DNA of 64,000 nucleotides from Escherichia coli (GTDB lineage Bacteria; Pseudomonadota; Gammaproteobacteria; Enterobacterales; Enterobacteriaceae): NCBI RefSeq assembly GCF_002854065.1, contig NZ_CP024147.1; one strand, 5' to 3'. Shown piece by piece: positions 53,410 to 64,000 of this stretch (position 1 is its first letter; each line of letters starts with the position of its first letter). The notes under the pieces were generated by a model. It saw only the letters and a program-made list of their open reading frames with translations, ran no database searches and was not told where the DNA came from. The position numbers and the translations under genes were made by a program.

Positions 53410-54750
53410 TTATAAGAACCCGTACATCGCGGCGAAGATCCAGCCGAAGACGCACGATACGCTCACACCAATCAACCCCGGCAGAATAAAGCTGTGGTTG
53501 ATGACGAAGCGACCGATGTGGGTGGTGCCGGAACGGTCAAACTGAATCGCTGCCAGATCGCTCGGATAAGTCGGCAGGATGTAATAACCGTAGCAAGCCG
53601 GTGCTGAAGCCACGATGTATGCCGGATCAACGCCGATTGCCAGCGCGACCGGAACAATCGCCGCCAGCGCCGCAGCCTGAGAGTTTACAAACTTGGAAAC
53701 CAGCAGCAGAACAATGGCATAGGCCCACGGATACTCTTTCACCATTTCACCCAGTACGCCCTGAATTTCAGACATATGCGCACCGAACATGGTTTCTGCC
53801 ATCCATGCGATACCGTACACCGCCACGATGGCGATCATACCGGAACGGAAGACTTCGTTTTTTGAGATAGACGCGGGATTGGTTTTGGTCAGGATAATAA
53901 TCAGCGCCCCGGTCAGCAGCATAAACATCTGAATAACCAGTACCATCGACAGCGGTTTGCCGCCGAAGGATGGACGCAGGTCCGAATCAGCACCAAGAAG
54001 TGCGACTACAGCGATTGCCCCGAGGAAAATCCACATTGCCAGCCAGTTGCTTTTCGGCAGTTTTTTATCGAGCAGCGTCGCGGTATCACCGTAAACATAC
54101 TCACGGTTTTCCGGTACGGAGATGAATTTCTGGAACTCTTCGTCTTTATCCAGATCTTTACCGCGGAACCAGCTGAAGATACCGATCGCCAGGATACCGA
54201 TTAACGTCGATGGAATGGTGATTGCCAGCAGGTCGAGGAACTCAAGATGGCGACCATCAAAGGTGACATTACCCAGCATTGCAACCAGAGACACGACCGC
54301 AACCGACACCGGACTGGCGATAATCCCCATCTGTGCACCGATAGAACTTGCCGCCATCGGACGTTCCGGACGGATGTTGTTCTTAATGGCGACGTCGTAG
54401 ATGATCGGCAGAATGGTGTAAACCACATGACCCGTACCGCAAAGAATGGTCAGTGTACAGGTCACAAACGGCGCGACAATTGAGACATATTTCGGGTTGC
54501 GGCGCAGCAGCTTCTCGGCAATTTGCAGCATGACATCAAGACCGCCCGAAGCTTGCAAGGTCGCCGATGCCGCCACCACCGCAATGATAACCAGCATGAC
54601 ATCAACCGGTGGTTTACCTGGCTGAAGGTGGAAGACGAAGACCAGAATGACCAGACCGATACCGCCTAATAAACCCAGCGCGATACCACCCTTTCTGGCA
54701 CCATAAAACAGACATATCAGTATTATGATAAGTTGGATAGTAAATAACAT
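53410..54750 (-). CDS. dcuB: Anaerobic C4-dicarboxylate antiporter
   Basis: 446-aa polytopic membrane protein. Confidence 0.92.
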
Positions 54751-55320
54751 GTGTGAACCCTCGCGATAATCCTATTTAAATTTTTGCTGAATAGATCACA
54801 GTCACGTTCTGTTTTGTATGAACTGTTTTCAGAGCCTGACTAAATATCCGTTTGGTCGTTACCGGCTTTAGCAAATACCTCACAGTGAATATTGGCTGAT
54901 TAAAGCAGCGGCAAATTTATGCACTGTGATAAGCGGCTTTTTCAGAGAGAAAAACTCTCTGGCGATGGGTTTAAAGTTTGTACTGCGCAGATGTTAATGT
55001 TTTGTTTGCTGTTATCTTATTGATATTTATCGGTCTATTTTTTGTTCTCAGGGCAGATATCATTAGGTTTATAGATTAATCTGATCTACCCATTTGTGGG
55101 TAAAAATACACACAATGCGGGTGACATAATAGTTAATTAACTTTTGTTAGCGTTTTGAAATTAAAAACACCGTTCACCTGAAGAGATATTAATTTTTAGC
55201 GATGATGGAGGGATAATTATATTTGATCTGGCACAAGTTTTACTGATGAAGGATGTAACTTGTGCCAGGGGTATTTTGCATTACGGTAATAATTATTACT
55301 TACAGATAACCAGCGATCCG
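54751..55320 (-). promoter_or_regulatory. Long AT-rich dcuB upstream regulatory region
   Basis: 570-bp non-coding gap upstream of dcuB; contains the palindrome acccatttgtgggt (55088-55101) and several TTGAT-type half-sites; individual sites not resolved. Confidence 0.5.
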
Positions 55321-56040
55321 TTATTGGCAATATTGTTTCAGTAGTGAGTAGTGTTCTGCCTGAATACGGTAACGGTAAACTGGACGCCCCGTGACGCCAT
55401 AATGGATACTGGTGAACAAGATGTGGCAGTTGACCAGCCAGATGAGGTATTTACGGCAGGAAACACGCGAAATGTTAACCTCGTTGGCTAGCTCGTCGGT
55501 TGAAAACTCATAGTCCTGATGCGCGTCAATCCACTGGCACAGTGTGCGTAACGTCTGCGGCGTTAAGCCTTTTGGCAAGCGACGAGGATCCTGCTCGTTG
55601 GAGCTGCTGCCGTGGATTAGCTGATCAAGCTCGGCCTGGTCATAATACTGATGTTTTTCCAGCGCCATTTTCTTTTGCCGCCAGCCGGTGAGCGCCTCTT
55701 CAAAGCGGGAAGCCTGGAAGGGTTTGATCAGGTAATCCACGACACCGTAATGCAGCGAATCTTTAATGGTTGCCGCATCGGCTGCGGAGGAGATGACAAT
55801 CACATCACTTTTGCAACGCGCGTTATGCAGGACAGGCAGTAAATCGAGCCCGTTCTCTTTTTGCATATAGATATCGAGCAATATCAGGTCGATAGGCGTA
55901 TCGCTATTGAAGATAATCTCTTTGGCTTTCTCCAGCGTCGAGGCTGTTCCACAGCATTGAAAGCCTGGGATTTGTGCTACGTATCGGCGATTCAGCTCCG
56001 CGACCATTGCGTCGTCATCGATAATTAATACATTGATCAT
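55321..56040 (-). CDS. dcuR: Response regulator of the C4-dicarboxylate two-component system
   Basis: 239 aa, receiver MINVLIIDDD...LILLDIYM with C-terminal HTH. Confidence 0.9.
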   Translation of the reverse strand: MINVLIIDDDAMVAELNRRYVAQIPGFQCCGTASTLEKAKEIIFNSDTPIDLILLDIYMQKENGLDLLPVLHNARCKSDVIVISSAADAATIKDSLHYGVVDYLIKPFQASRFEEALTGWRQKKMALEKHQYYDQAELDQLIHGSSSNEQDPRRLPKGLTPQTLRTLCQWIDAHQDYEFSTDELANEVNISRVSCRKYLIWLVNCHILFTSIHYGVTGRPVYRYRIQAEHYSLLKQYCQ

Positions 56041-57668
56041 CTGTTCGACCTCTCCCCGTCCCAGGGTATCTGGACAAAAAATTGTGTGAAAATCCCGGGT
56101 TCCGATTCCACGGCGATGCTGCCGCCGAGATTTTCTACCTGTTGTTTGACAAGTGCTAAACCGACGCCTCGCTCGCTTCCTTTTGTCGAGACACCTTTGT
56201 CAAAAATGTGATCGATTTTGTCGGGTGCGATCCCCGGTCCATCATCGTTAACTTCGCAGTGCAGCCAGCCGTGACGGTAGTGCAATGTTACGCTAATTTC
56301 GCCACCGGGTTCCGGCCCTAATGCTTCCAGCGCGTTTTCTATCAGATTTCCCAATGTGGTAATCAGCGTCGCGACCTGGTCCTCACTGCCGCTGTCTGGC
56401 AGCTGGCTTTCACTGTTTAAAATCAGCGTATGGCCTAAATCGGTCGCGCGGTTAATCTTGCTGATTAAAAAACCAGCGATAACCGGAGATTTGATCTTAC
56501 CCAGCAGAGAGCCAATCTCTTCCTGATAGTTATTGGCTGTTTTGAGAATGTAATCTTCCAACTGCTTATAACTCTTCAGATGCAATAATCCGAGAATCAC
56601 ATGCAATTTATTCATAAATTCGTGGGATCGTTCACGAAGTGCGTCAGCATAGTTGACCAGACCATCGAGTCGCTGCATCAGTTTACGTACTTCAGTTTTG
56701 TCCCTGAAGGTTGAAATGGCACCGATGATAACGCCATTACTGCGCACCGGAACGGTGTTGATCAGTAATAGCCGATCTTTAATCGTAATCTCTTCGTCGC
56801 GGCGCGGGGTACCGTCGCGTAACACTTCCGAGACATCTACCACCTGTGACCACGAGTGGCTTAGCGTCGACAGTTTCTCATCGTCCTGCGACTTACGGTA
56901 ATTCAGCAATTCTTGTGCGGCATCGTTGATCAGCGTGACCTCGCCGCGATCGTCCACGGCAACGACGCCTTCTTTGATAGACTGCAACATGGCCTGGCGT
57001 TGCTCAAACAGCGTGGAGATTTCGTAGGGTTCCAGGCCGAAAAGGATTTTTTTCAGTACTTTAACCAGAATGCAGGTGCCAATCAGTCCGACCAGCATGC
57101 CAAATAATACTGACCAGATAATGCTCCAGCGACTGTCATTGATCTGTTGGGTCACGCGGCTTAACTCAAGGCCGATCGCCACCACGCCAATTTGTTTATG
57201 ATTTTCATCGTAGATGGGGGTAAATACGCGTAAAGCCTGCGCCAGAAAACCGCGATTGATAGCGACATTTTCTTCGCCATTCAGCGCTTTAAGGATGTCA
57301 TCACCTTTAAATGGCTGACCAATACGCTGGGCTTCAGGATGCGAGTAGCGAAGACTTTGCATATCGGTAACGACAATAAACAGCAGATCGTTGCGTTTGC
57401 GCACGGCTTCCGCGATGGCCTGGATACCGCTCTCCTGCGGTTTTTTCTGCAAGCCCTGACGGATTTCCGGCGAGTCGGCGAGAGTACGCGCCACTGCCAG
57501 TGCCTTGTTGGCTAGCCCGTCTCGCGTCATATCACTGATTTGCGAGAAGTAAATCAGATGCACCACCAATAGCACCGAGAATAGTACCGCGCTGACCATT
57601 AAGATCACTGTGGTACTCAATTTCATCGGACGTTTGCGTAACATGCGGTAGGGCAATGAATGTCTCAT
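56037..57668 (-). CDS. dcuS: Sensor histidine kinase for C4-dicarboxylates (periplasmic PAS, cytoplasmic PAS, kinase)
   Basis: 543 aa, two TM segments, H-box SHEFMNKLHVI, GxGxG ATP-lid. Confidence 0.9.
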   Translation of the reverse strand: MRHSLPYRMLRKRPMKLSTTVILMVSAVLFSVLLVVHLIYFSQISDMTRDGLANKALAVARTLADSPEIRQGLQKKPQESGIQAIAEAVRKRNDLLFIVVTDMQSLRYSHPEAQRIGQPFKGDDILKALNGEENVAINRGFLAQALRVFTPIYDENHKQIGVVAIGLELSRVTQQINDSRWSIIWSVLFGMLVGLIGTCILVKVLKKILFGLEPYEISTLFEQRQAMLQSIKEGVVAVDDRGEVTLINDAAQELLNYRKSQDDEKLSTLSHSWSQVVDVSEVLRDGTPRRDEEITIKDRLLLINTVPVRSNGVIIGAISTFRDKTEVRKLMQRLDGLVNYADALRERSHEFMNKLHVILGLLHLKSYKQLEDYILKTANNYQEEIGSLLGKIKSPVIAGFLISKINRATDLGHTLILNSESQLPDSGSEDQVATLITTLGNLIENALEALGPEPGGEISVTLHYRHGWLHCEVNDDGPGIAPDKIDHIFDKGVSTKGSERGVGLALVKQQVENLGGSIAVESEPGIFTQFFVQIPWDGERSNR

Positions 57669-57848
57669 CAGCTTCCTTGTGTGACAAATTTCTTAAGCAT
57701 TATCTCTGATGAGGCGGGTAATTCAAAGGGAGTAAGAATGATTGGCTATATAGGGGAAGAGACTCTGACAACGGAAACTGCCAGTGCTGTATGAAGATTC
57801 CAGGGCTATGCTTATAGTGAAAACCATACTGATGAGAGAGGGAAGGTC

Positions 57849-58079
57849 ATGGATCAGGCGCTACTGGACGGGGGTTATCGCTGTTATACCGGCGAAAAGA
57901 TCGATGTCTATTTCAACACTGCGATATGTCAGCATTCTGGTAATTGCGTACGTGGCAACGGCAAGTTATTTAATCTCAAACGAAAGCCGTGGATCATGCC
58001 GGATGAAGTCGACGTTGCCACTGTGGTTAAAGTGATTGATACGTGCCCGAGTGGTGCGCTGAAATACCGTCATAAATAA
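57849..58079 (+). CDS. yjdI: Small Cys-containing protein (uncharacterised)
   Basis: 76 aa with CQHSGNC and CPSG motifs. Confidence 0.75.
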   Translation: MDQALLDGGYRCYTGEKIDVYFNTAICQHSGNCVRGNGKLFNLKRKPWIMPDEVDVATVVKVIDTCPSGALKYRHK

Positions 58080-58090
58080 GCGAGGGTAAA

Positions 58091-58363
58091 ATGGAAATAC
58101 GCGAAGGCCACAATAAATTTTACATTAATGATGAACAGGGCAAGCAAATCGCTGAAATTGTCTTTGTGCCGACCGGAGAGAATTTAGCGATTATCGAACA
58201 TACCGATGTCGATGAAAGCCTGAAAGGGCAAGGGATCGGTAAACAGCTAGTTGCGAAAGTCGTGGAAAAAATGCGTCGGGAAAAACGAAAAATTATCCCA
58301 CTATGCCCATTTGCGAAACACGAATTTGATAAAACGCGGGAGTATGATGATATTCGCAGTTGA
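58091..58363 (+). CDS. yjdJ: Small GNAT-like acetyltransferase
   Basis: 90 aa, GQGIGKQLV acetyl-CoA-binding motif. Confidence 0.78.
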   Translation: MEIREGHNKFYINDEQGKQIAEIVFVPTGENLAIIEHTDVDESLKGQGIGKQLVAKVVEKMRREKRKIIPLCPFAKHEFDKTREYDDIRS

Positions 58364-58589
58364 TGGAAGAGTACAGAGCCACGATATTTTTCATGCTCTC
58401 CGCGGAGTGATGCAGGAGAGCATCTGAAGGGTAGGGGGATGCACAAAGAATGGGCAGAGAGAGCGTTTTTTTGTCCCAAGTCATCCCCTTTACAGAGCAA
58501 AAAAAAGAATATCTCCTATATGAGAATCATCAATCGGGGTTAATAAGTTTTGCGTCCCCAAAGCGTTCAATATTGATAGGAGTCATATT

Positions 58590-58886
58590 ATGGAAGGTAA
58601 AAACAAGTTTAATACTTATGTTGTTTCTTTTGATTATCCATCATCTTATTCCTCAGTGTTCTTAAGGTTAAGATCATTGATGTATGATATGAATTTCTCT
58701 TCTATCGTGGCTGATGAATATGGGATACCACGACAATTGAATGAAAATTCCTTCGCAATAACGACATCGTTAGCCGCAAGTGAAATCGAAGATTTAATCA
58801 GGCTTAAATGCTTAGACTTACCGGATATTGATTTTGACCTCAACATTATGACAGTTGATGACTATTTCCGTCAGTTTTACAAGTAG
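58590..58886 (+). CDS. ghoS: Type V antitoxin (endoribonuclease) GhoS
   Basis: 98-aa ORF immediately upstream of the small hydrophobic ghoT ORF; matches the K-12 yjdK/yjdO locus as recalled. Confidence 0.7.
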   Translation: MEGKNKFNTYVVSFDYPSSYSSVFLRLRSLMYDMNFSSIVADEYGIPRQLNENSFAITTSLAASEIEDLIRLKCLDLPDIDFDLNIMTVDDYFRQFYK

Positions 58887-58913
58887 CCAGGAAGGATAAG
58901 AAGAACATAAAAA

Positions 58914-59087
58914 ATGGCACTATTCTCTAAAATATTAATTTTTTATGTGATTGGTGTGAACATATCCTTTGTCATTATCTGGTTTATCTCACATGAGAAA
59001 ACACATATTCGTTTACTTAGTGCATTCCTGGTCGGAATAACCTGGCCAATGAGTCTGCCTGTGGCATTACTTTTTTCTCTCTTTTAG
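58914..59087 (+). CDS. ghoT: Type V toxin GhoT, small membrane-lytic peptide (57 aa)
   Basis: ATG at 58914 to TAG at 59085-59087 encodes MALFSKILIFYVIGVNISFVIIWFISHEKTHIRLLSAFLVGITWPMSLPVALLFSLF, two hydrophobic helices; below the ORF-track length cut-off. Confidence 0.65.
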   Translation: MALFSKILIFYVIGVNISFVIIWFISHEKTHIRLLSAFLVGITWPMSLPVALLFSLF

Positions 59088-59162
59088 GAGCTGTAGTTGA
59101 GTGGACCCGCTGGTTATCGTGAAACGAAGCGTCTCTCCTCAAAACTGGATTTGCGGAACGAC

Positions 59163-59192
59163 GAACGAAGCAGTCGCCTGACTGCTTCGTTC
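59163..59192. terminator. Bidirectional terminator between convergent ghoT and lysU
   Basis: Perfect 13-bp stem gaacgaagcagtc / gactgcttcgttc with gcct loop, T-containing flanks on both strands. Confidence 0.6.
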
Positions 59193-59205
59193 ATTAAAGT
59201 GAAAT

Positions 59206-60723
59206 TTATTTCTGTGGGCGCATCGCCGGGAAGAGAATAACGTCGCGAATAGTATGACTGTTTGTGAACAGCATAATCATTCGGTCGATACCAATACCCA
59301 GACCAGCGGTTGGCGGCAGACCATATTCCAGCGCAGTCACGTAATCTTCGTCATAGAACATGGCTTCGTCGTCACCTGCAGCTTTAGCATTAACCTGTTC
59401 CTGGAAACGTTCAGCCTGATCTTCTGCGTCGTTTAATTCGCTAAAACCATTACCGATTTCACGACCACCGATGAAGAATTCAAAACGGTCGGTGATTTCC
59501 GGGTTAACATCATTACGGCGTGCCAGCGGTGACACTTCTGCCGGATATTCCGTAATAAAGGTTGGCTGAATCAGATGTGCTTCTGCCACTTCATCAAAGA
59601 TCTCCGTGACAATACGTCCCAGCCCCCAGCTTTTCTCTACCGTAATACCGATAGATTCAGCTAATGCTTTAGCAGCATCAAAATTATCCAGGTCGGCCAT
59701 ATCGGTTTCTGGACGATATTTTTTGATTGCTTCGCGCATGGTGAGTTTTTCAAACGGTTTGCCGAAATCAAACACATGCTCGCCATAAGTGACTTTAGTG
59801 GTACCCAGAACCTCTTGTGCCAGGGTGCGGAACAGTGACTCTGTCAGTTCAATCAAATCGTGGTAATCCGCATACGCCATGTAGAGTTCCATCATTGTGA
59901 ACTCAGGATTATGGCGAACAGAAATACCTTCATTACGGAAGTTACGGTTAATTTCGAATACCCGTTCAAAACCGCCTACAACCAGACGTTTCAGATACAG
60001 CTCCGGCGCGATACGCAGATACATATCTAAATCCAGAGCATTATGATGGGTAATAAACGGGCGAGCAGATGCCCCACCTGGAATTACCTGCATCATCGGG
60101 GTTTCTACTTCCATAAAGCCGCGCGCGACCATGAACTGACGGATAGCGGCCAGAATTTTTGAACGGACAACAAACGTTTGACGGGATTTATCGTTAGCGA
60201 TGAGGTCCAGATAACGTTGACGATAACGGACTTCCTGATCCTGCAGACCATGGAATTTATCTGGTAAAGGACGTAGTGCTTTAGTCAGCAGGCGCAACTC
60301 AGTACAGTGAATGGAAAGCTCACCCGTTTGCGTCTTAAACAGCGTACCGCGGGCACCGATAATGTCACCCAGATCCCATTTTTTAAACTGATCGTTATAA
60401 ACACCTTCTGGCAGGCTATCTCGTGCGACGTACAGTTGAATACGGCCACCGACATCCTGCAACGTTACAAAGGAGGCTTTCCCCATGATACGACGGGTCA
60501 TCATTCGGCCAGCAACCGAGACTTCAATGTTTAAGGATTCCAGTTCCTGGTTATTCTTCGCATCAAACTCTTCGTGCAACTGGTCAGAGGTATGGTCGCG
60601 GCGAAAATCATTGGGAAACGCCACACCTTGCTGACGTAGTGCCGCCAGTTTTTCGCGGCGATTTCTCAGTTCATCGTTAAAATCAATAGCCTCATTGGCT
60701 CCCCGTGTTTCTTGTTCAGACAT
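59206..60723 (-). CDS. lysU: Lysine--tRNA ligase, inducible (505 aa from [11 protein letters not shown])
   Basis: Class II aaRS motifs, anticodon-binding OB domain; conserved neighbourhood between ghoT and dtpC. Confidence 0.88.
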   Translation of the reverse strand: MSEQETRGANEAIDFNDELRNRREKLAALRQQGVAFPNDFRRDHTSDQLHEEFDAKNNQELESLNIEVSVAGRMMTRRIMGKASFVTLQDVGGRIQLYVARDSLPEGVYNDQFKKWDLGDIIGARGTLFKTQTGELSIHCTELRLLTKALRPLPDKFHGLQDQEVRYRQRYLDLIANDKSRQTFVVRSKILAAIRQFMVARGFMEVETPMMQVIPGGASARPFITHHNALDLDMYLRIAPELYLKRLVVGGFERVFEINRNFRNEGISVRHNPEFTMMELYMAYADYHDLIELTESLFRTLAQEVLGTTKVTYGEHVFDFGKPFEKLTMREAIKKYRPETDMADLDNFDAAKALAESIGITVEKSWGLGRIVTEIFDEVAEAHLIQPTFITEYPAEVSPLARRNDVNPEITDRFEFFIGGREIGNGFSELNDAEDQAERFQEQVNAKAAGDDEAMFYDEDYVTALEYGLPPTAGLGIGIDRMIMLFTNSHTIRDVILFPAMRPQK

Positions 60724-60959
60724 TTTGGTTCCTCTAAATCCAGCTTTCAATTTAGCGTAGATAAAGAGACAGATCGGTACACTGTATTATCTGCCTCGAC
60801 TATTAGTAACTCAGTTTATCTTATCGAAACTAACGCTTACCTCAAGTTGATATCACTAATAAATAACCATAAAAATGGTTTAAATGACTTATTAATATCG
60901 ATTTGCTAGTGTTATAAACTTAAAGTTAATTTATTCATAACTAATTGTTTTTACGACAG

Positions 60960-62417
60960 TTAATCGTTGCTCTCCTGTATCATATTCGTCGGCGTGCTAA
61001 ACAGAAAACGGGCAGCAAAGGCCAATACCACGATGATCGCGACACAAGCCAACGTCCACTCTCCCATCTGAGAAAAGAATCGCTGGTAAGCTGCAATTGC
61101 CATACCGCTAATTTGCGACTCTGTCGTCTGCTGTGCCACTACGCCTGCCAGCCAGTTGGCGACCGCGCCTGTTGCCAGCATATAAATCCCGGTTAATACA
61201 CCAGACATTTTCAGACGCGTGATTTGCGCAATCGCCACCGGGTCAATAAAGAGTTCGGCAAAGCCCATTAGCGCCAGCCCGGATACCATCACGCCCATTG
61301 ACGCTTGACCGTCAGCTGCTGCATGTCGGGCATCAAATGCCAGCAACATAAAGCCACAAGCCATCAGCAGTAAGCCAAAGGCAAACTTCAGCCAGACGCG
61401 CAATGTTGAGTTGCCGTGGCTTTCTGGCGACGCCAGCCAGGCCAGAACAACCCCAGCGAGCATCACCGCAATTGCATTCACCGACTGGAATAGTGCTGTA
61501 GGTACTTCAATATTGAATGCCTGACGATTCACAAAGCGATCGATAAACAAGCTGATGGTACTGCCGCCCTGTTGTGCCAGTACCCAGAACAATGTCCCGA
61601 CAAACATCAACAATACAATTTGCCAAAGAGCACGGCGGTGTTCGGGGAATTTGATCATCATGCGGGCAATGATTTGTGCGGCAATGAGGCAAACGATCGC
61701 CAGCAAATATCCGGACCAGTCGTTCTCCAGCAGCAGGGTAAAAAATACTGGGGCTAAACAGAGCATCACCACTAACCAGCTCCATACCGGTAAGGCAAAT
61801 TTGACGCTAGTGAGCGCTTTTTTATCCATACTACGCGTGGACTGGAAATGACGATGACCGCTTAAGAAAATCAACAAACCGATAAACATGCCGCCACCCG
61901 CAAGGGCAAAGCCAACATGCCATCCATACCACTGAGCAGCCAGGCCGCAGGCGATTGGGGCGGCGATAGAACCGATATTGCCCGCAGCATACAACAGCGA
62001 AAAACCGCCATCACGTCGATGATCGTTCTCGTCGTAGAGCTCGCCAAGCAAACAGCTGATGTTTGATTTGAATAAACCGTAGCCACAAATAATGATTGCC
62101 AGCGCCAGATACAGGCTAAAGGTTGAATTTGTATCAATGCCCAGCACCACATGGCCAAGGGTCATTAACAGCGCGCCGGCAATCACTGCAGTGCGGTTGC
62201 CGAGCAGGCGGTCGGCAAGCCAGCCGCCGAGAATAGGGGTAACGTAAACCAGAGAAGCATATGCGCTGAACAGGCTGATGGCATGGTTATCATCAAAACC
62301 AAGCTGATGGGTGAGATAGAGAATGAGTAAGGCACGCATGCCGTAAAAACTGAAGTACTCCCAGATTTGGATCGCCACGATATAGTATATCGCGCGCGGC
62401 TGTGAGGGTGTTTTCAT
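60960..62417 (-). CDS. dtpC: Proton-dependent dipeptide/tripeptide permease (POT family)
   Basis: 485-aa MFS/POT transporter; K-12 neighbourhood next to cadA. Confidence 0.88.
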   Translation of the reverse strand: MKTPSQPRAIYYIVAIQIWEYFSFYGMRALLILYLTHQLGFDDNHAISLFSAYASLVYVTPILGGWLADRLLGNRTAVIAGALLMTLGHVVLGIDTNSTFSLYLALAIIICGYGLFKSNISCLLGELYDENDHRRDGGFSLLYAAGNIGSIAAPIACGLAAQWYGWHVGFALAGGGMFIGLLIFLSGHRHFQSTRSMDKKALTSVKFALPVWSWLVVMLCLAPVFFTLLLENDWSGYLLAIVCLIAAQIIARMMIKFPEHRRALWQIVLLMFVGTLFWVLAQQGGSTISLFIDRFVNRQAFNIEVPTALFQSVNAIAVMLAGVVLAWLASPESHGNSTLRVWLKFAFGLLLMACGFMLLAFDARHAAADGQASMGVMVSGLALMGFAELFIDPVAIAQITRLKMSGVLTGIYMLATGAVANWLAGVVAQQTTESQISGMAIAAYQRFFSQMGEWTLACVAIIVVLAFAARFLFSTPTNMIQESND

Positions 62418-62475
62418 GTGTTCTCCTTATGAGCAAAAAAGGGAAGTGGCAAGCCACTTCCCTTGTACGAGCTAA

Positions 62476-64000
62476 TTATTTTTTGCTTTCTTCTTTCAAT
62501 ACCTTAACGGTATAGCGGCCATCAGCCTGACGGTATGCACCGTGAATATCGGTTTCAAAGCCCGGATAGTGAGCGCCGATTTCACACAGCATCTGCAGGA
62601 ACTCCAGAACCGGACGGCTTTCTTCGGTGATCATTTCACCCGGCATTACCAGAGGAACTCCCGGCGGATATGGAAGGATCATATTGGCGTTAATACGACC
62701 TACCATTTCGTCGAGGTAAACTTCTTCGGTCATACCGTGCAGCTCTTTCTGGAACGCAGCATACGGAGTCATTACCATCGTCGGCAGCACTTCAAATGCG
62801 CGATACATCAGATCCGGCAGATTGTGGTGAACAATCAGTTTGTGGATATTCTGAGCCAGTTCCTGAATACGCATGTTTTCATAGAATTCAGGATCTTCAC
62901 GATACAGAGACGGCAGCATGTTTTTCACACGCAGGTTCAGGTCGAACGCACGTTTGAAGTCAGTCAGAGCACGCAGCAGGCTCAGTGCTTTGGTCTTATC
63001 GATACCAATGCTGAACAGGAACAGCAGGTTATACGGACCGGTTTTCTCAACAACGATGCCATGTTCGTCGAGGTATTTCGCCACGATGCTGGCCGGAATA
63101 CCAAAGTCGCTCATGGTGCCGTCTTTTTCCATCCCCGGAGTCAGCAGGGTGACTTTGATCGGGTCAAGATACATGTGCTCGTTATCGATGTTTTTGAAGC
63201 CGTGCCAGGTGCTGTCAGAACGCAGCGGCCAGCATTCAGTCGTATCGATATGATCCGGCTGCCAAACATCAAAGAACCAGCCATCAGATTCCGTTCTCAG
63301 ACGTTTGATCTCTTTACGGAATTTGATCGCACGTTCAATGGAACCGTTGATCAGACGCTTACCTGCATTGCCTTTCATCATCGCCGCAGCGGTTTCAGTG
63401 GACGCCACGATACCGTAGTGCGGAGAAGTGGTGGTGTGCATCATGTAGGCTTCGTTAAAGGTTTCTTCGTTTACGTCACCTTTAACGTGGATCATGGAAG
63501 CCTGAGAGAACGCCGCCAGCAGTTTGTGAGTGGACTGGGTTTCGTAAATCACTTTCCCTTCTACACGGCCACCGCTCATACCGCATTTACCTTCGTAAAT
63601 CGGTGAGAAGTTGGTGTAAGGCACCCACGCGGAGTCAAAGTGGATGGATTTCACATCCAGTGTTTTCTTGATGAAGTCGGTGTTGTACAGCAGACCATCA
63701 TAGGTAGAGTTGGTAATTACAGCATGTACCGGCCAGGTTGCGTTTGGTGTTTCTTTCACGCGCTTAGCAATGGTAGCGTGCTGGAATTCACTCTGTGGGA
63801 TACCACCAAGAATACCGTAAGCGTTACGGGTCGGGCGGAAATAGATTGGCGTAACATCGCTCATCATCATCAGGTGGGTCAGCGATTTGTGGCAGTTACG
63901 GTCAATCAGAATGGTGCTGCCTGCCGGAGCAGAGTACATACCAACAATTTTGTTCGCAGTGGAAGTACCGTTGGTCACCATGTAGCTGCGGTCTGCGTTA
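62476..64000 (-). CDS. cadA: Inducible lysine decarboxylase, C-terminal ~508 codons; N-terminal part lies beyond the window end
   Basis: Minus-strand frame open to position 64000; ETQSTHKLL PLP-lysine motif; strong similarity in pattern to adiA. Confidence 0.88.
   Translation of the reverse strand, partial: NADRSYMVTNGTSTANKIVGMYSAPAGSTILIDRNCHKSLTHLMMMSDVTPIYFRPTRNAYGILGGIPQSEFQHATIAKRVKETPNATWPVHAVITNSTYDGLLYNTDFIKKTLDVKSIHFDSAWVPYTNFSPIYEGKCGMSGGRVEGKVIYETQSTHKLLAAFSQASMIHVKGDVNEETFNEAYMMHTTTSPHYGIVASTETAAAMMKGNAGKRLINGSIERAIKFRKEIKRLRTESDGWFFDVWQPDHIDTTECWPLRSDSTWHGFKNIDNEHMYLDPIKVTLLTPGMEKDGTMSDFGIPASIVAKYLDEHGIVVEKTGPYNLLFLFSIGIDKTKALSLLRALTDFKRAFDLNLRVKNMLPSLYREDPEFYENMRIQELAQNIHKLIVHHNLPDLMYRAFEVLPTMVMTPYAAFQKELHGMTEEVYLDEMVGRINANMILPYPPGVPLVMPGEMITEESRPVLEFLQMLCEIGAHYPGFETDIHGAYRQADGRYTVKVLKEESKK

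Noticed and set aside
58394-58424. Inverted repeat atgctctcc ... ggagagcat downstream of yjdJ
   Set aside because: 13-nt loop and no following T-tract; too weak to call as a terminator
62542-63606. 354-aa plus-strand ORF
   Set aside because: Antisense to cadA; no independent coding evidence

Overview
This 64 kb window is an Escherichia coli-type chromosomal segment, collinear with the K-12 map from yjcO/fdhF to cadA, with one roughly 10 kb block (about 9.9-20.1 kb) that differs from K-12 as I remember it. The conserved backbone runs fdhF, mdtPON-ytcA, yjcS, yjdP, the 14-gene phnCDEFGHIJKLMNOP operon, yjdN, yjdM, crfC, yjcZ, proP, pmrR, basSR-eptA, adiC, adiY, adiA, melR, melAB, yjdF, fumB, dcuB, dcuRS, yjdI, yjdJ, ghoST, lysU, dtpC and the 3' part of cadA. 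The variable block sits where K-12 carries alsK-alsE-alsC-alsA-alsB-rpiR-rpiB. It encodes an OmpR-family response regulator, a six-gene minus-strand operon (two-domain ABC ATPase, permease, RbsB-like periplasmic binding protein, cupin-type sugar isomerase, GatY/KbaY-like class II aldolase, PfkB-family kinase), a divergently transcribed hybrid histidine kinase with no recognisable Hpt domain, and a 220-aa hypothetical protein. This block is the best candidate for the incompletely described system: a probable rare-sugar sensing and catabolic module. As read here, its ABC ATPase gene carries a 1-nt deletion that splits the reading frame before the second Walker B motif. No IS element, integrase, tRNA or CRISPR array was found. 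All calls come from reading the sequence and the ORF track against remembered protein families; no database search was run, and gene names and K-12 comparisons are recalled, not verified.
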